NCBI GenBank assembly: GCA_002633005.1
Contig: NMRA01000113.1
Coordinates: 274,054-338,053 of the forward strand
Direction: 5' to 3'
Length of the DNA: 64,000 bases
From: Phoronis australis
Lineage: Eukaryota; Animalia; Phoronida
A model generated the notes under the pieces. The model searched no databases. It was not told the DNA's origin and saw only the letters and a list, made by a program, of their open reading frames with translations. The position numbers and the translations under genes were made by a program. Below are positions 51,239 to 64,000 of this stretch, piece after piece (position 1 is the first letter of the stretch; every line of letters begins with the position of its first letter).

Positions 51239-51973
51239 AAAAATTCCACTGAGTAGGAATTCCTTGTACTTTATCCATTTGATCACATACATTCCAAGTG
51301 CTCTGCACATTTAATATACAACATACCAAGTGCTCCATACACTTAAACCCCAACAAGTATATTGTAATTCACTTGATCACTGCTGATCAAGCTACAATAG
51401 TTTCTGAAGGTCCAATTTCATGATCCTGCGATAGCAAATGAAAAATGGCATATTATAATTGATAACATTTTGCTTATAAAATTGCGCACTCTGCAAAAGC
51501 TCATCTAGATTATCATATAACAATATACATTGTTCTTAATTGCAGTTTGGTAATGATATCTTCCCACTTCTTTTGAGTCACTGAAACGTTCAACCACATG
51601 ACGCCAGCACCAGGTTTCGAAAAGAAAAGTGTTCTACTTTTATAGTGCACAGTTTTAGTCTTTTGCAACCATAGTTGCACATGTATTGTTACAGATTCAG
51701 CAACATTATGTTGAGCTGACATAAGTATTTGCCACACATAAATCTCCAAGGAATGTGATTCACTGTCTTGTGGTGCAGGACTTGACTGTTTATGCACTCT
51801 TGACTGTTTCAATGCATTCAACTGGTAACATGTTAGCATGACCAAATCACTGAATCATGCCAACAGAAGACAATTCAGTACAAGACTTTCAGAAGTCAAT
51901 TAGTAAATCTGTTCCACATTTCTTTCTGTGGAATTACTGAGGACAACTGTGACATTGAGTTATCCTGCACAGC

Positions 51974-54900
51974 CTACAGAACTAATGAGAATGCTTTGTA
52001 TCCAAAGTTAGTGTAAACATCAATCTTGTCACTTGTTCCAGCCACACACAAAACCTGTGAATGCAAAATAGACCAAATAAGTGTTAAATGACACTAGCTG
52101 GGGGATGAGAAAAAGGGAGGACATGTGAGGGGGAGGGTGGGAAGAGTGATGGGGAGAATAAATGATGGGGAGGGGATGAGGGATAGGGAGGGGATNNNNN
52201 NNNNNNNNNNNNNNNNNNNNNNNNNNNNNNNNNNNNNNNNNNNNNNNNNNNNNNNNNNNNNNNNNNNNNNNNNNNNNNNNNNNNNNNNNNNNNNNNNNNN
52301 NNNNNNNNNNNNNNNNNNNNNNNNNNNNNNNNNNNNNNNNNNNNNNNNNNNNNNNNNNNNNNNNNNNNNNNNNNNNNNNNNNNNNNNNNNNNNNNNNNNN
52401 NNNNNNNNNNNNNNTGATGGGGAGGGTCAGTGATGGGGAGGCGGACGAGTGATGGGGAAGATGAGTGACAGGGATGAGGAATGGGGAGGGGGACGAGTGA
52501 TGGGGAGGGTGACAAGGGATAAGATGACACAGAAATGGCCACACAGACTTGTGTATTGAACCAACAGAGCAACGAGTTGTAAGTCAAAAGAATTTTAATA
52601 AAAATTAGCCCAAAAATGGTGGCAATAATAATGAAAACGTTAAACTAAAACAAAATTCAATTGACGCACGACCTCAAAATAAGTATGCTATGCTTACTTT
52701 ATTGGCATTACTGTTCACATTAAGAGTACAGACACTAGTTGAAGAACAGGGAACTTTAGACTTGGACTCTCCATTGATGAACCAGTGATTGACTTGAGGT
52801 GCAGAGCCAGCTGATATCAACTGAAAGGAAATAAGCTGCATACAGCCTACACACAAATGCAGAAGAAAGGAGACTAACACAGTTCATAACAAAAAAGAAG
52901 TAAATCTCTGCCTACATCATAGATGTAATTTTGCAAAAGCTCATAAAGAAATACATAAGAAAGTCTGTTTCTTTCAGTAAACTAAGATGAAAGCAAATTT
53001 CATAACTTTTAATAATAACATACACAAAGAATCATGTCGACTAATCTTACTGTATCATCATAGAATGTGACAAACTGTTGTGCCACTCCAGGAGTATCAA
53101 ATAGTGTAGTTGGGGTCAGTGACCTGAGATGCCATAGTGAGAGGGTGGGACCTCCACCACAAACCAGCCAATCATCTGTGGGGTCAACTGCCACACAGGT
53201 TAACCATTTCCCAATCTGTGGTCGAGCGCACAGCTCTGACCTATATGGCTCTAAGATGTGCATTGTTTCAGCTGCTCGTGTATCTGCAAGCAACAGATAA
53301 CGCCAACTTTACCAAATGAATTCAGTGCAGACAGAGGTATAACCTCAGCTGACTCCATCACCTGAAAGTTAGCTGAGCTTACAGCTTATGCAAAGACATG
53401 AGAAATACAACCACAGTTGAATGAACTAACCACTACACATTGCAGGACCATGTCACTAAACGATTTACCCGTTTCCCAAGTTTGAAACTAAGCATAAACC
53501 ACCCCGGCAGTTGTACGATTAAGAAATGCGCACTGGCACGTAAATTGTCATGGCCATGATTAAATTTTCCAGAGCCAGACTGAAATGTCGATAAACTGTA
53601 TTGAAATGAATGCTACGTTGTACAAAGAATCTTGAAATGTTAAGAAGTTTGGTACGCACTGATTATTGGGAGTCAAACACGAACTTCGCATAAAAAATAC
53701 TGAAGTACATATGTAAGGACAACGGTCAATGTTTATCACTGCTCGACACAGTAACGAAGTTCACATGACTTAGCTGCCATGGTTTGCTATGCCATGTCAG
53801 AATGGCATAAGAAAAATCTCTGACAATCACAAGTAATGACCATAATCTGGTAGACGTCTCACATTCAACATATCAAACTGACAAAGGTGACGTTATACAT
53901 ATGAAAAACTTTTAGTGAGAATGAACATGTTTTCCACACCTCTTCACACAACCTTCTTACCCCAAATCCTAACAGTGCCATCTTCTGAGGCTGAGATCAC
54001 TTCCTTGCCATCATTGCGGAGTGCAATAGAGTGTATATAGTCAGTATGACCTTGATACGATTTCTGAAAGTATGTCTATGTTAAGTATGTCCAAACACAG
54101 TACATACAAACATCATAAAAACAAAAATATAACCCGACACAATGAACACAGAGGCAGTTCTTTGGTAATCAGTTTTCATGGCAGCTTTGGATCAATGTCA
54201 CTGTACTACTGCACATAATGTAAATTAATGCAATCACACAACGCAATGCTTGAACCAGTAGTACACCAAACTGATGAAGATTAACTGTTATTGCTATCGA
54301 GCATCTCACACCAACTTACCAATAATGTTCCAGTCTGAAGATCCCAGACATGAATACTGTCATCTCCACAGCCAGCATACAATAATGAACCAGAGTCCTA
54401 AAGTATATCATGGAATACAAGACTTTCACTCATTATTAAGTTGCCAGTTGTTGCAGAATATAGGTTTGTACTTCGTAAAACCTCAAAGAGAAAAATATTT
54501 TTGGGTTTTGCAAACATCCATATCTTTACGACATCTGTTCTCCTAATTGTTGCATGTTTCAAATTCTCCACTTCTAGTCATGCCTACAGCTACCAATCAT
54601 CAACAAGGTTTAACTGATGACATGGACTAAGCACAATATTGCACAACAACTTAATAGTTCAGGAACAAAAGGCTGGTTCAGTTTATTTGTGATTCCAGTT
54701 TTCAATCACAGTTTGGGCCATAAGAATAGCATGAATCTGTTTCGCTGATCACTTTAAAAATGCTAACCTAACATCCTGTCTGGAATCTTTACTGCAAACC
54801 ATTAACTGCACTTTGTGTTTTTAGAATTTTTCTAATACGAAATGTTGATGAAATGTCAGAATTCATTAACATTTCATTCACTTTAAAGAAAATAGCACCG

Positions 54901-57900
54901 ATCACAAAAATCAAAATGCAGCTAAACCTACTCTTACCTACATTTAGTCATACAACCTCATAACCATGTTACAATAGTTACCGGCAGATTAGGGGTATCA
55001 CTGCAGCCCCAGTATATTGTTATTTAATGTGCCACCATACAGAAAACAATTAAAACTATCCTTTAAGCGGTTTGCCGGATGGAGAGATGTTAAAAACGTA
55101 CTCAAAAAATTTCTGAAAATGGGAGGATGGCATCATCTTATTAATAGATGCCTATCTACCAAATTTTATGAAAATCTTTTGAGGACCTTTGAAGATACAG
55201 AGATAAACGTACAAAACTAAAATTGACACTAGGAGGCACACCGGTAGCGGGATCCCTCCGAAAGTTCGTTCATGCTGTCTCATCCATGGAAGGAACACGT
55301 GCAAAATTTTATGAACATACATCAAAGGATTCCGAGATAGAGCAGCAGACACCGGATGGATGCTAGATGAATAAAAAGGATCTCTGTCCTCGGTAAGAAC
55401 TGACAATTCATTATTTCTTCAGACAAAGCTCATAAAAATTCAGGTCATAGTGTGCCCTAAAAATTTATCAGTTTAGTCTGAAGAAATGGCAAACTGCGAG
55501 TTCTCTGCAAGACCTAAAACACGTCTCATAAGACTAAGGAACAAGTTTGGTCCTCTTCTCATCTGAGTAAAGACACCCATGTTATAGAGGTAAGTGGTTT
55601 ACACCAAAAGCTAGTTTCTTCGATGAAAAGTGAGCTTATAGCCGCTTTAAATAAAATGTCACTTACCTTTGCGTCGATAACAAGAGACATCACACCAGTA
55701 CTGTTGGCATCACTGCAATTTAAACACAACGTGTGTAAACAATCATACGTAGCTTACTCACAACACGTCAACCATGCTTCATTATAATCCCTTAGTGTAT
55801 GCCCTTTTCAAACACTGGCATTATTAAAAATTAGTATCACTCACTATTCACAGTGTGCATCGCATACAATGCACACACATGGGATGATCGTTTTTTTAAA
55901 CATTACCACTACAGGGAGCAATGCCAGTAAACTTCAAATATCAACTAGGAAAATAAGTAAGCACTAATTTCCTTTCATCATGACACAGTTTGGAATATAT
56001 GAAGGTGAATGACTAGGTAAGACACAAAAACAATAGAAGGGCCACTTGGAGGCACAACATAGGTCAGAAACGGGACTTGTGCTGTTGTTTACATGCCAAA
56101 TTTCATGACCATCCATCAAGGAACTTGATAGATAACAAGACAAACGCTAACCGACTCCACAGTAGTCTGATTTGACCCAAACTTCACATATTCAAATTTC
56201 ATGATAATCCATCAAGGAACTTGGTAGATATTGAACCACAGGTGAAAAAAACTAAACTGCTGCTAGAGGGCGTCACAGTAGTCAGGCCTTTCCGAAAATC
56301 ATCATAAGCCAGAAGAAACACATCTGCCAATTTTCATAAGGATCCTTTGAGTGGTTTGCCTCATAGCGAAGCAGATGCCAAAAACATACTAAAAAAGTAA
56401 CAAAAATGGCCACTAGGTGACGTACAAAACAACAAATCCATCCAGATATGGGATGGTGGTATTTTCCCTTTAATAGAAACCTATTTGCAAAATTTCATAA
56501 GAATCCATCGAAAGGAACTTCATAGATGATAAAGAGGAAGATGTAAAAACAATAAAATTGCCATCAGAGGACACAGAGGTCTGAAAGTAGTCGTCATCCA
56601 TTGTCATGTTAAAAGATTAATTTACACATGCCAAATTTAACAAAGATCATGCAATGTGTTTATGAGAAGCAGCTGTGGACATGAAAAAGAGGGATACCAG
56701 GGTTGACACAAGTCAAAATTGTCCAATATCATAAACCAATTTACATAACAATCCTTAGATTGACTTTGCTGATAAAGAGTGGGATGTCAATAAGAGACTG
56801 GCCACTTGGTGCCGCACATTTCATAACCTCTTTAATAGGAACCTACTTGCCAAGGCACACTGGTAGCCAAATCCACACTAAAACTTAACTCGTGCATTCC
56901 TATTCGTGATAAAAATATATCTGCAAAATTTCATGATGTTCCATCTTGGGGTTTTGGAGATATAGCAGCGGATGCCAGATGAACAGCACGAGTTCACACG
57001 CACGCACATATACCTTGGGGGTACTGTTACACAGTAAAGGCATTACTTACTTTGAAGGTACAGACACAGACCAGACCACCTTAGGGGTACTGTTACACAG
57101 CTCTGTCCACTTCCACGCATTGATGACCCCATGGCTGTCACCACTATAACATCAAAACACATTTCATCATGAACCATTTGCTAGCTTTTAACACTTCTGT
57201 GCTTGGACACTTTTGTAACCGCAATTTTCAAACTACTTCATATTCACGTAGTCGCTATATGTTGTGTTTCTAACTAACTTGGGCAAACAATCACAGAAAT
57301 TAGCGTGCAATTTCCACTTTAAAGGTAGTGGCTCATGTGGCCCATGTCTTTATCAAGACCTCCGTTGCTAAGAAACAAAATCATTGAGGTTTCGTTGGAT
57401 CTCCTGGTGTGGGTGTCATCAACTACACAGACGATGAGGTTATCACTACAGTGGCCACGTGACGTGAAATACTCTACCACTAGAAGTGAGGAACTATCGC
57501 AGATAAAACAGCTGCACCCATTAAGGCTTGAGAGCTAATAAATACTTTTTTAATAAAACTTTTTTTTACCAGATTTTGAAGACCTTTTACTTGTCTGTAA
57601 CTACATTATAGTAAAGAATTCACAGAGCAATTAACTTTACAGGAAATCAATAATTACTAAGAACTGAAAGTCCACCTAACCGTACAGTGCTGAAATCACA
57701 AAGTGTGGAAACAATTAACATGTGTTCCAATTTAACACTTGCCGCTGTCATAGCTTTTGCTGAGAAAAGAGTCAAACGTAATCGAAAACAAAACTATACT
57801 AACCTGAGTAACAATTTATCATGAGTGACTAAGCTGAAAACAGAGCCTTCGTGTGCTGCAAGAAATAAACTAACATCAATGACAGTATCTGTAGTATTTT

Positions 57901-60779
57901 TAAAACAATTTTTTCCCAGCATAAATTTCATTAGAACTCTTCACTGCCGTTACTTAACAACCCTCAACACGCAGTAGCAAGAGGTGAAAACATTGCAGCT
58001 GGAATTTACAGGTATTAAAATGGAAGTGTTTTCCACCCCGTTACTACTTATGACTTTTATGGTAAGACCCTCATGTGTCAGACACGCACAAGTTGATTTT
58101 CACCTAACTGTATAAAATTATATTCACATTAATTTTATTTTTGGCCAAAATATGAGTACGAACTTTAAAATCAGTGCATAACAATGACATCGAATTAATT
58201 GACGTTTCCGTTTACTGTCACTAAAGAATTCTCAAGACAGATGTTCACAATATTCCAGTCGGGTAACACAGCTGGAGAACAGCCTGCACAGGTACACCTC
58301 AAAATGCATTGTGAGGGGAGAGACCAGAAATCAAACCAGTTGGAGCTCATGACAAATGAACCAATGTTTCTATTCAGATAGCACTCAGCGTGATTCAACC
58401 ATGTATGCATAGCCTTCTATATGCACTGACTTTAAAGGAATGGTGTAAATATTCAGCGGCACAGTTGTTCTACAGTAATTCGTGCACTCAAGCCTTCAGA
58501 TAAGTGGGTTTCACCATAATCAAACAAAATCTCTCTCCAGTTGCATCATCAAACCTATGCGATGTTATACTACAACTCCTTTTACCCTCCTTCCAAACAC
58601 AACAATTGATCGTGGTATTGATCCTTACTTGTTGGCGCATTGTTAGTATAAAACTTAGGTGCACGTAACTGTGAGAAATAACGATAAAACGAAGTGCTGG
58701 TTAGTACCAAAATAAAAAGGTCTTTAAATGATTACTGTGTAAGATTGATGTTCAAGATGTGACTTATGAATATTTCTATTGTTTTTGATGATATGGCAAA
58801 TTGTGGGAGTCTATTCCAGAGTAGAATGGTAGACGGAAATAGTTTGCATAGTATGCGGTGCGGATATATAATCTCTCAAAGGTATGAGAGTGGGTGTTTT
58901 GTGATCTGGAGGTCTATAGGAGTGGAAGGTATGAGTGAGGAATAGCAAACAAGTTATGTACGGTCTTGTACAGAAGGGATAGTTTGTTCTGAGCTCATCT
59001 TTTCTGGAGGGTGGGCCAACTGATTATCAGATAATCATGATAGTATGGCTACTTTCATTGTTATTTAATAATTGTACGCCGATATGCTGGCAACAGTACA
59101 TTCTTCTAAGTTAGCATGCCACCATGTTGCTCGTAAAAAAATGTATGTATACTTATTATATGTATGAATGTATTTTACAAGTTTAAATTGAATTTCTCTC
59201 TCTTCTCTGATAATGTATACCTATTTGTAAATGACCTTACCAGTAAATGTAATTAAGGGCTTGAACTGGTCTTCACCTGCATTCCGTCCCAGAGCTTGTG
59301 ATAAACTGCAAACAATAAACAAGGACAATAGATTTTAAATATGGGTTACTTACAAACATGACCAATGAAAATAAACTACTTAAAAATTTACCAAAGTGAA
59401 ATCAATTCCTATAATTTGTCGTAAAAGGTATGCAGCCTTGTGAAAGAAGAAAAGCTAGTTGAAGAATCAGTGACCAACAGACTTGAAAGCTGACCCATTA
59501 GGTAAGGTTGCTCCACAAATTTAACAGCAGAATCAGAGCAGAATGCCAATTTTAGCACTGGTAACTAGTTTTGTAATACTCAAGGAAGAGAGCATTTTTA
59601 ATACTAAATTTGTGGCACACTTTATTTGTTTTTTTTTTCCAATGTCAGTCCAAAGCTGTTGTAGCATGGGAACTTATTTTGATCTGTGAGAACATAACAC
59701 CACAAGCTAAGCAGAGTACAGCGCACGCCACTACATAGTGACATAGATACACTGGAAGACTGGCGAGATTTACAATCTTGCCACTACATGACGCATGTGA
59801 TAAACAGCTGTTCTTGTAAAGTTGGCCATGTTGCCCATACATGACGAGTGTAATTACCTGTTGCTTGACCTTTGATCGGGTCAGACAATGAATGACCTAA
59901 TCAAAGGTCAAACAACAGCCAACTAGCGACTGGCATGTGTGTAATATATATACATAGAGTTATAACTAACACATACCATGACTCGGGAGACAATTTAGTC
60001 AACATAATTTGAACATATCCATGAAAAGCTATTATGGTTTTTTGAGCTTTCCTCACAGGGCGCCATTTTGAGGACAACAGGTTTGTTGACAAACAAAAAG
60101 TCCAAGGGACAGTAATCGTACAAATTCCACCAGATATCTTCCCATGCTATTTTTGCATCATGCGTCAGGTCACGTGCTTCGCTCAGTTTTGCGGTTGTCC
60201 TTGCCTAACGCACGTGACGTCAGTTGAAATACTTTGTGGTTATTGCGCATGCAGAAAGTACACGGGATAAATCTAGTACACAAAGTGATGAGGAGTATTA
60301 CAGGCCCTTGGCTTGAGGCCGGCCTAGACTAAGACTAAGAGTATGAGTCCTGCCAGTCGAGGCCGAGTGGATATCTGTTGCCAATGGCAGCCTATGCGGT
60401 ACCTGATCCAGATAGTTGAAAAAAAGAATGTTCACCAAAAAATGTAAAATACGAAAAAAGGACAAGGGTTTTTCACTGAATTTCCATACTTATAAATGGC
60501 AATATGACAGTTATTGGTGCCAACAGCGAGGAATTTCCCACAAGGCGAAAAGGCTTGTGAGTAAACTGTGATGTACAACTTTTCCAGAAGCGTCAATGGT
60601 GCACTCTGCAAGATAGATAAAGACATTTTCAGCAATTAAATTACAAAACATTGAAACTTTCATCCTCTCGGCTTTAAATGACATATTTTTATAATGCGAC
60701 TATCCCAGTTTACAGTGAAAATAAATATTAATAATGTAACACATTGGACATTTACTTGCACAACTTCACCCATTTTCAT
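51974..60779 (-). CDS. THOC6: THO complex subunit 6 (WD40 repeat), ~337 aa
   Basis: Eleven GT-AG coding exons in phase (5'->3'): 60779-60756, 60605-60490, 59305-59241, 57855-57804, 57143-57051, 55712-55667, 54397-54320, 54063-53961, 53283-53051, 52820-52698, 52054-51974 (1014 nt). Motifs VYSQAFSPCGKFLA, GHTDYIHSIALR, SASEDGTVRIWD, CARPQIGKW, DWLVCGGGPTLSLWHLRS, IDVYTNFGYKAFSL. The start could be the second ATG (60773). Confidence 0.93.
52095..52520. repeat. G/purine-rich low-complexity repeat flanking an N-gap in the last THOC6 intron
   Basis: GATGGGGAG / GAGGGGA-type units on both sides of the gap. Confidence 0.7.
58720..59060 (-). mobile_element. 3' fragment of a CR1/L2-group LINE
   Basis: Broken minus-strand reading WPTLQ...NKLSLLYKTVHNL...HSHTF...YY..FPSTILLWNRLP, typical of the post-RT tail. 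Confidence 0.7.
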
Positions 60780-61363
60780 ATTTGTGCGCCGAGCAATTGT
60801 AAAACCGGATGTGGAATGTTTAAAATACGAAAAAAAAATATTTTTAACAAAAAACAAAATTATTGCTACACCCAAAAGTTTTTAAAATACTAAAAACTGT
60901 TCCATATCATTTTTAATATTTTACTTTTCAAGTTTGGCTGATAATGTAGTATACTTTCATTTACTCTTCATGATTGATTTCATGGTTTCTATCTACTCAA
61001 TTACGAACTCCATGTTGTGTGCGTTTGCAGCTTATCGATTAATCGAAGATGAAACGTCTTACTTTACGGATGTAAAACATTTTCATTGTCTCATGATTTG
61101 ATATTTTGTTGGACTAGATGTCGGGTAGGTTACTATTTCTACGATTACTCGTCATTCTCCTTCATTTTTCATTCTTTTGGAGCAACGTTAAAATGGATAG
61201 ATCTTGTAACTCGTTCATCCATCTGTCACTGACTTGGCCTAGGCAATGACCATCGCCTCTGTTGGCCCGACCAGAGGCGATGCAGCTCCTATAAGCTTTT
61301 CGGCGAATTATGCCTCGCAATGGCTAAAGCATGAAAGTCACGTTGTAGCCAATCAGTAAAACG

Positions 61364-61524
61364 TGTAGTAATAGCCGAGATCACCCGACTCGGGGATCGA
61401 ACCCGCGACCCCCATAAAACTGGCAAGCGTGCTAACCATTCAGCTAATACTGCTAATAGGCAATTGCCCGTTAGCGAATAGCTAACAGAGGCTCATATAA
61501 TTCACCGGAAGCACATCTACAACA
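61364..61524 (-). mobile_element. Solo LTR of the tRNA-like TRIM family
   Basis: TGTAGTA...TACAACA ends, 4-bp TSD AACG (61360-61363, 61525-61528), aligns with 29027-29186; minus-strand A box TAGCTGAATGG and B box GGTTCGATCCC. Confidence 0.85.
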
Positions 61525-62726
61525 AACGTTACTCTGTTGTTATTTCGATTGCCCTTGTCCTTGGGGTTTATTATGAGGGATATAATTAGCCAGTCGGCAA
61601 TGCGTGTAAAAATGGTGCTGGGCGAGTAGAAGTTGACTTGCGGGCGCCCAGGTGGCGATTGAATTTTCAGGCATTTGTGGACTTGTCCGAAACAAAGAAA
61701 AGGGGGGAAAGGTGGAAGACCGGTTCATGTGCTCGCAGCAGGTGAAATACCATTATTCTTGGAACTTATTTCTTATTATAATGTACAATGCAATGTCATT
61801 TTAGCCAAAATTATTTTATAAGTAATAACATTTGTCCTAATAAGTGCCCATACCCCTATAAGCGACCTCCCCCCCGCACTTGTTTTCAGACTTCGCTAAA
61901 ATAAGAGTCCAGTCCATGAACGTGTACATATGCGAAAAATGCCTTACCTACAGTTCTAAAATTCTACAGTAATGTCTTCAATTTATCAATAATATGCGAC
62001 AGTCCTGAAAAAAATCATTGTGCGCGGTATTTCTAGACCACGAGCCTCGCCGCTATGTCAGTAGTTAGCCGTGGCTGTACACTTCTAAAAGAATGCAAAA
62101 GTTCTGCTGATCTTGCGAGGAACCTGTCCCACGCTGACCAAGTCTTTCAGAACAGACACAGCGTACCTGTCAACGGAATTGTATTGTATCTTTCCCGTAC
62201 AGCTATTCTCCCTCAACAGGAATGCAGATTACTTTTGTACACGTAAACACTGCGAATAGAAACTTGTCTAGTGTTAATGAGCTTTTGGCCAAGAAGTGTG
62301 CGCTAGGGCCCACATATTTGTATGTGGGCCTGCTACCGACTCTGGCAAATGAACTCTGATGACACGCACGCGCTCACTCGGCGCACACCTGCAAACTAAC
62401 TTCAAAACAAACCTCACGTGACAACAACATGTGTGTTCGTTCAGATTTTTCGCTTGTTGCGGGGTGCGATCTAGCCCAGATTTGGACAGCGGTTAATCCG
62501 AACTCCACAGGAACTTAAAACTCTTAAGTACGCTACTTGGAAAACTTAAAGGAGAATGCCACCCGATTTAATTAGTGTTTTTTACCGTCATAATCGGTCT
62601 ATATCCACATCACCTGTCCTCGTATACGGTCAGTGTCACCTCGCCGAGAGGTGTCGCGTTAACCTGTGAAGAAGGTGAGAAACAACTCAGCGACGTCAGT
62701 GGTTCTTCTGCAGAGTGAGTGCTGCT

Positions 62727-63030
62727 ATGGAGTGGTGTATCGTTCCCGCTTGTGCGAACTATGAAGCTACAAGGAAAGCAGATATATTTTGTTTTTTCGA
62801 TTTCCTCGAGAGCACACAATGCTTCAGAAGTGGTTCGCGGTAGTGAAGAATGAAAAGTACGCTGTAATACCAATTAAGTATGAGGCCGTGAAACTTGTCT
62901 GTGTCTGTGGCCGGCATTTCGTCTACATTGATTTCACTGACGATCGAATGCCGGCTCACCAAACAGCTCATGCCAGGGCAGAAAAAGAGACTGAGTATGA
63001 AGTCAGATGTTGTGCTTAGTGTGGTGTGTT
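62727..63030 (+). pseudogene. THAP zinc-finger remnant (transposase N-terminus), frameshifted
   Basis: MEWCIVPAC / FFRFP...KWFAVV...CVCGRHF / KRLSMKSDVVLSV: C2CH, FP, W and AVP-like THAP signatures spread over three frames. Confidence 0.75.
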
Positions 63031-63298
63031 TGGGTTCAGTAAACAGGAGACAAAAAAACGCAGATGGGTTGCTCAGTTTTTTGTTGTGGAAAATTGTAGC
63101 TGGCCATGGAAACATAATTAATTCATGAGAACATAACCTTTTATATAACCTGTTTGATGACTTGCTCTTTCGTCAGGCTTCTGCTTGGACCTCTGGGTAT
63201 AGGATATTTTCGCCAGTTCTTTTTCCCAGTCCCAAAAACGTTGTAAGCAGACTTCTGTTTAGATGCAGTGCAAAATCAGGATGGTCCGTGAGACACAT

Positions 63299-63586
63299 CT
63301 ATGCTTCTCCAAGAAGGTGTTTCACTGGAGGAGTTTCGTGGTAGCAAACGCAAACGTCAGTTGTTTCCGTTATCGTGCAGTTAGCACACTGGCCCCATGA
63401 CAAATCATTCAAACGGTTTTTGGAACTATCCATAGGTTCCGTTGTCTGTGTACGTTCACGGCGCCTCTCTTGTGATTCTTGATCAGTGAATTCCGGTTCG
63501 AACTGATAGCTTGTGAAACCTAACGATGGACTTGTGAAGTCTTCGTCAGATGAGCACTTGTCTAAGTCGGGATTGTAAGTTGCCAC
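63299..63586 (-). pseudogene. KolX-like / P2X7 intracellular (ballast) domain-like protein N-terminus, truncated
   Basis: YQFEPE...RLNDLSWGQCANC..TETTDVCVCYHE matches the PYxFEP...WCxCxxC...ECxCCxE pattern; two Cys are mutated. Confidence 0.7.
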
Positions 63587-64000
63587 GGTTGATGTTTATT
63601 ATTGTGCGCTATGTTTCAAAATGAATTATTCCCACCCTAAGCAATGGTTATATAAAACTGAAACAAAGATGCAATAAACTAATTGACGGTGCACCTTCAG
63701 ACCGTGAATAATACGCTTACAAGGAAGTCACGCATTTCTAAAGATATGCAGGAATTTTCACCGCTCATCCTTCTGAGCGGCTTGTACCAGGATCAAAGAG
63801 AGCGCGGTGCCGGAATAAGGTATAATTTTGATGACCGCATTGCCCGGTGCGAGCGAGACCCAATTAAATGTAATCCGACCATCAACTGTATTAAACATCT
63901 CTGACTGTACATAATGGCGAATTTTCAAAATGCATTAACCACTAATTTTCGTTATAAACGAACATCACCAAGGGCGAATCTAGGATTTTGAGTTAGGGGG

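Larger units (their letters stand above)
62550..64000. mobile_element. Internally deleted Kolobok DNA transposon (right end not seen in window)
   Basis: TTAA|AGGAG terminus at 62546-62554, then a THAP remnant (+) converging on a KolX-like ORF (-). Confidence 0.65.

Noticed and set aside
63299-63586. P2X7 purinoceptor gene
   Set aside because: Only the Cys-rich domain is present, with mutated Cys and no channel exons, in a Kolobok context.

Overview
Eukaryotic, AT-rich animal genomic DNA, probably a marine invertebrate such as a lophotrochozoan (inferred from the repeat families), with two N-gaps (41575-42020, 52196-52414). The first ~38 kb is a nested transposon graveyard. It holds two Gypsy/Ty3 LTR elements, one structurally full-length with 245-bp LTRs and a 5-bp TSD, plus other gag/pol remnants and DIRS/Ngaro-like gag remnants. 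It also holds Kolobok-, Academ- and YqaJ-like transposase remnants, Helentron-associated (HINE-like) elements with ~150-bp internal arrays, several MITEs and LINE 3' ends. The right part has two intact, convergent, spliced host genes: phosphorylase kinase gamma (PHKG, + strand, 10 coding exons, 392 aa) and THOC6 (- strand, 11 coding exons, ~337 aa). The window ends in a deleted Kolobok element (THAP remnant plus KolX/P2X7-ballast-like ORF). The most unusual observations are: (i) a 555-bp TRIM-like mini LTR retroelement, plus a solo LTR, whose LTRs carry a tRNA-type Pol III A/B-box cassette; (ii) HINE arrays in which most monomers carry a CTCF-consensus motif; (iii) a ~960-bp TIR element with a 6-bp TSD supported by an empty paralogous site in the same window; (iv) paired hammerhead-like cores. 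All calls come from reading the sequence by eye; no database search was run.
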